This document shows, one piece after another, positions 1 to 6,354 of a stretch of 45,718 bases of DNA. Origin of the DNA: a virus. The DNA lies in the IMG/VR virus record IMGVR_UViG_3300011444_000005, positions 1-45,718 of that record. One strand, given 5' to 3'. Each line of letters opens with the position of its first letter. Position 1 is the stretch's first letter. Position numbers and translations under genes: made by a program. The notes below the pieces were generated by a model, which ran no database searches, was not told the DNA's origin, and was given only the letters and a program-made list of their open reading frames with translations.

Positions 1-123
1 AAGGTTCGTTGGTTCGTGTTCTTTGACAATGTGAAACGCCCCGTGACTTTGTGGCCACACACGCGCCTTTAAACATGAGGCTCGTAAATGACCGCCAAAG
101 TTCTACAACGCATACGTGCAATT
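1..123. repeat. Terminal direct repeat, left copy (identical to 45596..45718)
   Basis: Both ends read base by base: 123/123 identical, and the identity runs to both window edges. The unique unit is therefore 45,595 bp. Assembly overlap and true terminal redundancy cannot be separated from sequence alone. Confidence 0.97.
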
Positions 124-372
124 CGTCAGCGTGGCAACTACAACTTGTGGGAGTTGCCGGATTACAGCATGCCCGTTATACGTGCATTTCACGATAATGC
201 ACCAACCCGCACCGCTGAGCAACGCCGCGAAGATGCAACCGCAAATATCCAAATGCGCATCTTGCAACGCCTGGTTAACTATGCAAACCGTGATCCCTGG
301 ATCACCAGGCACATTGAAACAAGTGTTGCCGATTGGCAACAGCTGGTCGAAACGATAAATGTAGCCGAATAA
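88..372 (+). CDS. Hypothetical early protein (94 aa)
   Basis: ATG preceded by GAGG about 9 nt upstream. The ORF begins inside the terminal repeat. No recognisable motif. It contains one GTTGCC-N4-GGCAAC palindrome. Confidence 0.6.
   Translation: MTAKVLQRIRAIRQRGNYNLWELPDYSMPVIRAFHDNAPTRTAEQRREDATANIQMRILQRLVNYANRDPWITRHIETSVADWQQLVETINVAE
325..340. promoter_or_regulatory. 16-bp palindrome GTTGCC-GATT-GGCAAC (site 1 of a clustered family)
   Basis: Exact inverted repeat read in the sequence, with the same arms as 547..562 and 1145..1160. The protein-binding role is inferred. Confidence 0.5.
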
Positions 373-436
373 TTACAACCGAAGGTTGTGTGTGTGGCTT
401 CATGGTCACGGGGCACAAAAAAGGGAACGTACTAAC

Positions 437-1003
437 ATGAACGATGTCATTACACACGCTAACGTTGAGGTCGCCCAGGCTGATGCAACCGCTCCTGTCG
501 TGTTGCCGCAAGGCAATGCGCAAGGCAATGCGCAAGGCAATGTCGTGTTGCCGAAAGGCAACAAGAAAATGGCACAACCGAAGGCTGCAACTTTGCGCCA
601 TCCTTTGGCGGACGGCGACGTTGCAAAAAGATCCTTCTTGTTGCTTGATGACAACAAGGTCAGGGCTGAATACACATTCCGAACCGACACCAACTCTACT
701 GATCGTTACCCTATCGCCACGGTGTTTGATTTCGGCAACTGTAGCCGGGAGGACATACTTTTCCTCGCCAGCTCATCTGTTCGCATTACTATCCAGGGCA
801 AGTTGCGCTCTATGGGCAACAGTGCCTTTGATGCCACAGTTTTTGCCAAGGTGGATGTGAAACGAGATGTAGTAGATGCACAAAAGTCACAAGTGGACGA
901 GACCATACGCGGTATTCGCGCACTTGCACGTGCAGCTGGCATCTCGGAGGCGCGGGCTCGTGAAATCATCGAAACCGAGGCGGCCAAAACGCAGCGTAAA
1001 TGA
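437..1003 (+). CDS. Hypothetical protein (188 aa) with a QGNA x3 tandem repeat
   Basis: ATG at 437 with AAGGGA upstream. The ORF track extends to 386 without a better RBS. It is followed by a strong terminator. No recognisable domain. Confidence 0.65.
   Translation: MNDVITHANVEVAQADATAPVVLPQGNAQGNAQGNVVLPKGNKKMAQPKAATLRHPLADGDVAKRSFLLLDDNKVRAEYTFRTDTNSTDRYPIATVFDFGNCSREDILFLASSSVRITIQGKLRSMGNSAFDATVFAKVDVKRDVVDAQKSQVDETIRGIRALARAAGISEARAREIIETEAAKTQRK
502..517. promoter_or_regulatory. Palindrome GTTGCC-GCAA-GGCAAT (site 2, one arm mismatch)
   Basis: Read in the sequence. Lies inside the CDS, immediately before the 12-bp tandem repeat that supplies further GGCAAT half-sites. Confidence 0.45.
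508..543. repeat. 12-bp tandem repeat GCAAGGCAATGC x3 (last unit ends GT)
   Basis: Direct reading. Encodes QGNAQGNAQGN in CDS 437..1003. Confidence 0.95.
547..562. promoter_or_regulatory. Palindrome GTTGCC-GAAA-GGCAAC (site 3)
   Basis: Exact inverted repeat read in the sequence, inside CDS 437..1003. Confidence 0.5.
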
Positions 1004-1010
1004 CCCAATG

Positions 1011-1041
1011 TGGCCTGGTGGCAACACCAGGCCATTTTTTT
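1011..1041 (+). terminator. Rho-independent terminator after CDS 437..1003
   Basis: 10-bp perfect stem TGGCCTGGTG/CACCAGGCCA with loop GCAA, followed by seven T. Confidence 0.85.
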
Positions 1042-1062
1042 GTGTGAAATCAATGGCTTATG

Positions 1063-1270
1063 CGCCACGGTGTGTCCGCCCTGCCACAACATATCTGCCA
1101 CAATGTGTCTCCATTGTTACTAGTGGCCCATTGGCCACTGTGTGGTTGCCGTTAGGCAACGTGACATAGTGTCGTTCGTGTCACAGTGTTGCACCGAAGG
1201 CGCTGTGTGTCCGCAAGGCCACAAGTGCAGCGTGGCACTAAGGCCACAGGGGGGTGGCACCCCGGCCACA
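1063..1270. repeat. Iteron-like zone: ten GCCAC/GTGGC motifs
   Basis: GCCAC at 1063, 1083, 1097, 1134, 1218, 1243 and 1265; GTGGC at 1123, 1232 and 1254. It includes CTGCCACAA x2 (1081 and 1095) and the composite GTGGCAC-N3-GGCCACA x2 (1232..1248 and 1254..1270, 22-bp spacing). The region is non-coding and lies between convergent operons. Confidence 0.8.
1145..1160. promoter_or_regulatory. Palindrome GTTGCC-GTTA-GGCAAC (site 4, intergenic)
   Basis: Exact inverted repeat. It is followed by a second palindrome, GTGACA-N12-TGTCAC (1161..1184). Confidence 0.5.
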
Positions 1271-1352
1271 CATGAAGGTCTAGCCATGGAACTGAGCGCG
1301 CGTCACAAGACACCTTAGTTTAACACACAAATACACAAACCCGTCCTCTTGC

Positions 1353-1379
1353 GTCACCCACTCGTTGTCACCCACTCGT
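1353..1379. repeat. Tandem direct repeat GTCACCCACTCGT x2 (period 14)
   Basis: Read in the sequence at 1353..1365 and 1367..1379. It abuts the stop codon of the last gene of the leftward lysis operon. Confidence 0.9.
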
Positions 1380-1669
1380 CACTCCTTATACCACCACTCC
1401 AGCAGCTGCCTCCTAAACGCCTCAAGGTAGCCCAGCTGCGCCGGCACGCTGTCGAAGCCGCCCTGGTACCACGGCAGGCGGACGCGCGGCGGCGCGGCGC
1501 CCTGGGGCGGCATCTCGACAACCATCATTATTTGGACGCTTATCAGTGTACCCGCCTGCCCCTCGACCAGCTGGCCGTTCTGTGTGTCCAACAGCGCCGC
1601 CTCAAGCGCCTGGACGGGTGTCCATTTGTCCATGGACTTGAGGCGTTCGCGTTCGATCTCGCTCATCAT
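1379..1669 (-). CDS. Hypothetical protein (96 aa), last gene of the leftward lysis operon
   Basis: ATG-ATG at 1669/1666 with GAGGA about 10 nt upstream. The ORF track start at 1747 would put repeat and palindrome elements inside the gene, so the shorter start is preferred. Confidence 0.55.
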   Translation of the reverse strand: MMSEIERERLKSMDKWTPVQALEAALLDTQNGQLVEGQAGTLISVQIMMVVEMPPQGAAPPRVRLPWYQGGFDSVPAQLGYLEAFRRQLLEWWYKE

Positions 1670-1692
1670 AGTTATGCGTTCCTCAAGGTGCA

Positions 1693-1735
1693 CCCGCCGT
1701 AGGCGGGATTTAAACCCGTAGGCGGGCCTTAAACC
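1693..1735 (+). promoter_or_regulatory. GC hairpin CCCGCC-GTA-GGCGGG followed by ATTTAAACC, then a degenerate second unit
   Basis: Read in the sequence. CCGTAGGCGGG recurs at 1697 and 1716. The same hairpin-plus-ATTTAAACC architecture occurs on the opposite strand at 39796..39819 and 41202..41227. Confidence 0.5.
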
Positions 1736-1759
1736 GCGGCGCGTCATTGTGCAGCTAAT

Positions 1760-1778
1760 GTGTCCAAAATTTGGACAC
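1760..1778. promoter_or_regulatory. 19-bp palindrome GTGTCCAAAATTTGGACAC (copy 1 of 4)
   Basis: 9+1+9 perfect inverted repeat, intergenic between the endolysin stop (1800) and the next gene. Confidence 0.6.
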
Positions 1779-1799
1779 CTCCTGGCGCCGCCCGGCGCC

Positions 1800-2363
1800 C
1801 TAGACCTCGGCGGCCTGGAAGTGCATCGCGTCCGGCTTGCGCCACAAGCCGCCCCATACGAAGCCCTCAGCCCGAAACATGTCCACGACGGCCATTGGCA
1901 TCATGCCAAGGTGCTCAACGTACCTGCGCCCGAACCGGTTAACCTCCGGGTTAAGATCGATCGCACATCCCCAGCTATGCACGCTCAGCTCATGGCTGCC
2001 GGTCCTCAACCGGAACGCATTAGCGCCGCCCCACAAGTGCAATCCGTATGTCTGTATGTCCACCAGATCATACCGCCTACTGATCTCGCCGAGCACGCGT
2101 CTCAGGGCGGGCGCAGCCCTTTTGTGGAACATAAACCGCTTCAGCGGCGTGTCCGGGTCCCACGCCAACACCATCTGGAACGTCGGGACGACCAGCTCCA
2201 GGTTTGCGTCCTCCCACGCCCTGTCAGCGCGTCCGTCGCCGTTCGCATCCGGGTTGCCATAGAACGCGTTCATTGACACCCGGTCCTGCATTGGCCATCC
2301 ACTCGCCGTAGGCGGGCGATCCAGCGGCGGGCGATCCAGCGTAGGCGGGCGACCCGCCGTCAT
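1800..2363 (-). CDS. Endolysin, zinc peptidase M15 family (T5-type L-alanyl-D-glutamate peptidase / VanY-like fold)
   Basis: Motifs SVHSWGCAIDLN (H-x-x-G-x-A-x-D) and PDAMHFQ. The ATG at 2363 has GGGGAG upstream and an ATGA overlap with a 21-codon leader ORF. An alternative start is at 2291. Confidence 0.85.
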   Translation of the reverse strand: MTAGRPPTLDRPPLDRPPTASGWPMQDRVSMNAFYGNPDANGDGRADRAWEDANLELVVPTFQMVLAWDPDTPLKRFMFHKRAAPALRRVLGEISRRYDLVDIQTYGLHLWGGANAFRLRTGSHELSVHSWGCAIDLNPEVNRFGRRYVEHLGMMPMAVVDMFRAEGFVWGGLWRKPDAMHFQAAEV

Positions 2364-2421
2364 GACACTCCCCCGCGTAAGCGGGTCCCCAGCAGGTCCC
2401 CAGCGCGGCCTTGTGGGCCGG

Positions 2422-2667
2422 TCATGTCTGGTCCTCCACCTTGGCGAGCAGCGCCTCGACGCCGTCGCGGTGGCGTTTTGTCTCAATGGCCGCGCGGACG
2501 CATGCGTCCTTGGCCTCAAGCAGACGTTGAAGGGCCACATCTAGCTGGATGCCCGGCATCAAATCGCTAACCATACCATGTGCCAGCGTTCCGAAGCTGC
2601 GGCTGACGGCCGCCAGATGCTCCGGCAGGTGCGCATACGCAAAGTGCTGCAGTATGGGATGGCTCAT
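2422..2667 (-). CDS. Hypothetical protein (81 aa)
   Basis: ATGA overlap with the upstream gene at 2664-2667. Predicted helical, no motif recognised. Confidence 0.6.
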   Translation of the reverse strand: MSHPILQHFAYAHLPEHLAAVSRSFGTLAHGMVSDLMPGIQLDVALQRLLEAKDACVRAAIETKRHRDGVEALLAKVEDQT

Positions 2668-3005
2668 TCGATCGGCCCCCGCGTAAGCGGGGCACCATCG
2701 TGCGGAGGCTCGGGAATGACGGTATAGCCCTGGGCCAGCTGTGCCTCTGCAGCGGCCGTGCGAGCGGCCTGCCCGACCTGATATGGCATCCACTCGACGA
2801 ACGCGCCGGCTACCGGCCGGAGATCGCCCGACTGAACCAGCGTCACGTTATTGACTGGGTATGTCAAGGCGCGCGGTGGAAACACATGTACATCAACCAG
2901 CGTGTCATCGTACACCTTAGCGATGATCGCCGGCCACGGCTGGGCGCCGGGCGTCGGGCGCTCCGTCCAGAACAAAACGATCCGTCCAACTGTCGGTTTA
3001 ATCAT
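2664..3005 (-). CDS. Hypothetical protein (113 aa)
   Basis: ATG overlaps the upstream stop by 4 nt. Same-strand operon context. Confidence 0.65.
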   Translation of the reverse strand: MIKPTVGRIVLFWTERPTPGAQPWPAIIAKVYDDTLVDVHVFPPRALTYPVNNVTLVQSGDLRPVAGAFVEWMPYQVGQAARTAAAEAQLAQGYTVIPEPPHDGAPLTRGPIE

Positions 3006-3187
3006 GCTGCGTCCTCCGACTTGGGGAGTTCCTCAAACGTAAGCGATCGTGTCGCCGTCAGATAGAACGTCTGTGATGTTTCAGGCGGCACAACCTCAGT
3101 AGTCTCCGTTACGGCGTCCCCTGCCTGATCCGCTATCGTAACCTCAACAGACCAATCTGATGTAATTACGTTCACAGTTGTCGTCAT
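3002..3187 (-). CDS. Hypothetical acidic protein (61 aa)
   Basis: ATG with GAGGA upstream. Confidence 0.55.
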   Translation of the reverse strand: MTTTVNVITSDWSVEVTIADQAGDAVTETTEVVPPETSQTFYLTATRSLTFEELPKSEDAA

Positions 3188-3197
3188 GATGGTATCC

Positions 3198-3458
3198 TCA
3201 TTTGAATGGATTTATGCTTGCACCGGTCGTAGACCGGACGCGCTCGCGTGTCCGTGGGGGCATCGCCTTAGCTACGATGGCTGCAGGCTGTGCCCATGGT
3301 CCATCGCGGGGCGGCGTATCCCCGAGCGCCTGATTTGCATAGCGCGAGCGTTTCAGTGTGCTGGTGAACAACCTGTTTATCCCGATGCCCGCACCAGTCA
3401 TCTTAAACGGATTATTGCGCCCCTGGCGTCCGGGGCCTTTTCCAGGTCCAAGAAACAT
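3198..3458 (-). CDS. Hypothetical basic protein (86 aa)
   Basis: ATG preceded by a strong GGAGGAGG. Confidence 0.65.
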   Translation of the reverse strand: MFLGPGKGPGRQGRNNPFKMTGAGIGINRLFTSTLKRSRYANQALGDTPPRDGPWAQPAAIVAKAMPPRTRERVRSTTGASINPFK

Positions 3459-3490
3459 ATGTGCCTCCTCCTGCGCCGGCCAGTGGCCGG

Positions 3491-3805
3491 CTACTCAGCG
3501 ACATACCCTCCCACCAACGGCGGATTGCCATTTATGATCTGAACCGTCTCCTTGGAGGCCTGCAAGGCTGTCGCCTTAACCTCGGTGGGATGTGCAATAA
3601 GGGCGAACAGCCCAAGCAGCGCGACCACGCCCCCCACGATAGGCTCAATGTTTCCGGTTAGCACCGACCCAAGCTGTGGACTGATCAGTCCAAGGGCCAG
3701 GGCAGTTCCAATCACAGTTTGACCGATCTGCACCAGCTGCGTCTTCGACTTATACCACGGCGTGGGGGCGGCTATGGCTGAGATTTGGCCTACTGCGTCT
3801 TGCAC
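3491..3805 (-). CDS. Holin-like membrane protein (104 aa, two predicted TM helices)
   Basis: GTG start with GGAGA 6 nt upstream. Hydrophobic stretches LVQIGQTVIGTALALGLI and IVGGVVALLGLFALIA. Lies in the same operon as the endolysin. Confidence 0.55.
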   Translation of the reverse strand: MQDAVGQISAIAAPTPWYKSKTQLVQIGQTVIGTALALGLISPQLGSVLTGNIEPIVGGVVALLGLFALIAHPTEVKATALQASKETVQIINGNPPLVGGYVAE

Positions 3806-3889
3806 TTAACGTCTCCATATGCATCGGCCAAAGGCCGTCCTTGCCGTCCAAGTCGTCCAATGGGGGCGCACACGGCGCCCCCATGTGGG

Positions 3890-4171
3890 CTATTTCAGTG
3901 GGATCGGGGAGCGATCCCGGAGCTTGGGCTCAGATGGGAGGGGCGCCCGCCGTTCCAGGGGCTCCAAGGGTGCCACCCGTTCCTGCTGTGCATACAGCTG
4001 AGCCATGAGCACAGCCGCCAGGATGCCTGAGCCAATGCCCACGCCGACCTGCGGTTGCACGACCACAACGCGCTGGCGCATGTGCCCACGGAAGCGCTGT
4101 GCCTCGGCGGCCGAGGCCATCAGCCCGGCGCCAAGGACGCCAAGGCACACAATTGTAACGAGTCTTTTCAT
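3890..4171 (-). CDS. Secreted/membrane glycine-zipper protein (93 aa), paralogue-like partner of 4200..4508
   Basis: ATG with AAAGGA upstream. N-terminal signal peptide MKRLVTIVCLGVLGAGLMASAAEA, then a basic stretch, then GVGIGSGILAAVLMA. Confidence 0.65.
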   Translation of the reverse strand: MKRLVTIVCLGVLGAGLMASAAEAQRFRGHMRQRVVVVQPQVGVGIGSGILAAVLMAQLYAQQERVAPLEPLERRAPLPSEPKLRDRSPIPLK

Positions 4172-4199
4172 CAATGTATCCTTTCAGCGGCGAAAGCCG

Positions 4200-4508
4200 T
4201 TAGCGCCGCAGGGCTGGCAATGGACCTCCGCCCCCACCGATGGTGCCGCGCGTCCGAAAGCCGCGACGCCGACCGTTGTCGATGATGGTCGTCTGCTGCG
4301 GAGCAAGGAACGGCAAGAGCGCCAACATGCCGAGGCCGCCGCTGCCTGCACCCGTACCCATTGCGCCAAGCAGCAACAGTGTCGTGGGATCGATCGCGGG
4401 TGCTGTCTGCACAACAGTTGTGCGGCTGCGGCGCTGCGCCTGTGCATCAGCGGCCCCAGCCGCTAGCGTTAGGGCTGCGAGCAGCGTAGCTACAAGTAGT
4501 CTCTTCAT
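4200..4508 (-). CDS. Secreted/membrane glycine-zipper protein (102 aa)
   Basis: ATG at 4508 with AGGAG 8 nt upstream. Signal peptide MKRLLVATLLAALTLAAGAADA, then a basic stretch, then GAMGTGAGSGGLGMLALLPFLA and a Gly/Arg tail. Confidence 0.65.
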   Translation of the reverse strand: MKRLLVATLLAALTLAAGAADAQAQRRSRTTVVQTAPAIDPTTLLLLGAMGTGAGSGGLGMLALLPFLAPQQTTIIDNGRRRGFRTRGTIGGGGGPLPALRR

Positions 4509-4579
4509 AAGTAGTCTCCTGTTTGCTTTCATCTATTCGATGTATGCCGGGGCATATTGGCATGGGGACCATGCCAATG

Positions 4580-6268
4580 TCAAATGCCGCACATGCCCGA
4601 CACGCAATCCGTATCGGCCACGGCCTCCAGAACCCCCGCGCGTTTTCCCCCTGTATTAAACACGGCACAGCTCTTTGCCCCGCGTCGCCAGGCCCTGTGA
4701 TAAAGGGCCTTGAAGGCGTCCCACTCCATCGTAGGCGGCACATTGCACGTCTTGCTGACAGCGCTGTCTGTGTACTTTTGTGCGCAGCACAGCACCGCCA
4801 CATGCTCTTCGGCCGTGACTTGATCAGCCGTTCGAGGCTCCGTGTCGAATACGCGGAAGCCGTAGTCGATGACCTCGACCTTTTCGACGCCGCTGAGGGT
4901 GTTGATTGTATTTGTCAGGCGTTTTGCGAAGACGGGCTCGATGCCGCTGCTCACGTTGTCCGCACACAGGCTAATCGTCCCGGTCGGCGCCATGCTGATC
5001 AGATGACTGTTTCGAATGCCATGCTTTTCGATCAGGGCCCGGACGAAGTCCGGCAGCCGCTTAATGTACGGACTTGCCAGGTATGGTTCCCGCTCGAAGA
5101 GCGGGAATGGGCCTTTTTCAGCCGCCAGCATTGCACTGGCCCTGTACGATGCATCTGCCAGTGAGAACAAGATCGTGTGCATTGTGCCCAGGAACTCCTT
5201 CGAGCCGTAGGCGTAGCCCATCGCTTCAATTGCGTTGGCCAGGCCAGTCACGCCAATTCCCATGCGGCGCTTGGCCAGCGCTTCGGCGTGCTGCTCAGGC
5301 AGTGGATACCGCGCCAGATCGTTGACATTGTCCATAGCTCTGATCACAGGTGCGACATCTGCATATAGCTGTGTGTAATCAAAAAACCATGGACCTGGCT
5401 CATGACGTTTCATGTACTTCACGAGGTTAAACGATCCTAGGAGGCATGCTCCGTAGGGTGGCAGGGGCTGCTCGGAGCATGGATTTGTCGCTGCGATGGT
5501 CTCACAATAGTTCAGATTGTTCTCGATGTTCATCCTGTCGATGAACAAGACGCCCGGCTCGGCCCAGTCCCACGCACTGCGCATGATGGCTTCCCAAAGG
5601 TGTCCTGGATTGATCGACCGATGAAATTGTCCGCCGAATACGAGGGGAAATTCTGACGCGCCAGCGTCGACAGCATCCATGAAGGCATCGGTGACGGCGA
5701 CGCTGATGTTGAAGCCGGTCAGCCGGTCGCGATTTGCCTTTGCATGCACGAACTCTTCAATGTCTGGATGGTCAACGCGCAGTACGCCCATCTGAGCGCC
5801 GCGTCGATGGCCTGATGAGCAAGTCGCTAGGCAAACCGCGTCGAAGATGTGCATGAAGCTTACAGGTCCGGAGGCGTTGCTGTTGAGCTTTTTAATGAGG
5901 GCTCCTCGGGGGCGGAGGCCCGAGAAGTCGTATCCAATTCCGCCTCCCATTCGCATTGTGGCTGCAGCTTCCTTGGCTCGATCCATAATTGAGCCGGGTC
6001 CATCGACGAAACTATCCTCGACTACTCCGCTGACGAAACAATTGTGGCTGCATGTATTCTTAGATGTACCAATACTCGCCATGATGCGCCCTCCAGGTAG
6101 AAATCGCTGATCCAGGAGAATACTCCTGAACTCGTGATAGTGCGCTGCACTGTCCTTGAGGCCCGACGCCACACGGTTACAAGCATCTCTGAACGTTTCT
6201 CCTTGTTGTGCGTACTTTTGTGCAAAGATAGCTTGACCGGCCTGTGTTTGTGGGCCATATTCGGGCAT
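4580..6268 (-). CDS. nrdJ: Ribonucleotide reductase, probably class II (B12-dependent, monomeric type)
   Basis: Active-site block ATNPCSEQPLPPYGACLLGS and a C-terminal Cys pair (CVSGMCGI). No NrdB-like gene is present in the genome. ATG at 6268 has AAGGAG upstream; the ORF track N-terminal extension was rejected. Confidence 0.8.
   Translation of the reverse strand: MPEYGPQTQAGQAIFAQKYAQQGETFRDACNRVASGLKDSAAHYHEFRSILLDQRFLPGGRIMASIGTSKNTCSHNCFVSGVVEDSFVDGPGSIMDRAKEAAATMRMGGGIGYDFSGLRPRGALIKKLNSNASGPVSFMHIFDAVCLATCSSGHRRGAQMGVLRVDHPDIEEFVHAKANRDRLTGFNISVAVTDAFMDAVDAGASEFPLVFGGQFHRSINPGHLWEAIMRSAWDWAEPGVLFIDRMNIENNLNYCETIAATNPCSEQPLPPYGACLLGSFNLVKYMKRHEPGPWFFDYTQLYADVAPVIRAMDNVNDLARYPLPEQHAEALAKRRMGIGVTGLANAIEAMGYAYGSKEFLGTMHTILFSLADASYRASAMLAAEKGPFPLFEREPYLASPYIKRLPDFVRALIEKHGIRNSHLISMAPTGTISLCADNVSSGIEPVFAKRLTNTINTLSGVEKVEVIDYGFRVFDTEPRTADQVTAEEHVAVLCCAQKYTDSAVSKTCNVPPTMEWDAFKALYHRAWRRGAKSCAVFNTGGKRAGVLEAVADTDCVSGMCGI
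6233..6261 (+). promoter_or_regulatory. Candidate sigma70-type promoter TTGACC-N17-CATATT facing the terminase gene
   Basis: Hexamers and 17-nt spacing read in the sequence. It lies inside the first codons of nrdJ on the other strand. This is a hexamer match only. Confidence 0.3.
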
Positions 6269-6325
6269 GTTAAGCGCTCCTTTGGGGCAATGAGCATGCC
6301 GGCCACTGGCCGGCGCAATCCATTG

Positions 6326-6354
6326 ATTTTGCAACAAAAACGTGGTTTTGACAA
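6326..6354 (-). promoter_or_regulatory. Candidate sigma70-type promoter TTGTCA-N17-CAAAAT for nrdJ and the lysis operon
   Basis: Read on the minus strand. The -35 overlaps the terminase ATG. The 15-bp palindrome CCGGCCA-C-TGGCCGG (6299..6313) lies in the predicted leader. Confidence 0.35.

Noticed and set aside
1232-1260. TGGCAC motifs as sigma54 (-24/-12) promoters.
   Set aside because: No TTGC element occurs 4-5 nt downstream of either TGGCAC. They fit better as parts of the GTGGCAC-N3-GGCCACA repeat.
1749-2276. 175-aa plus-strand ORF and the 246-aa extended form of the endolysin ORF (start 2540).
   Set aside because: The plus-strand ORF is antisense to the motif-bearing endolysin. The 2540 start would overlap the upstream gene by 120 nt and add Arg/Pro-rich out-of-context sequence. 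ATG 2363 has an RBS and ATGA coupling.
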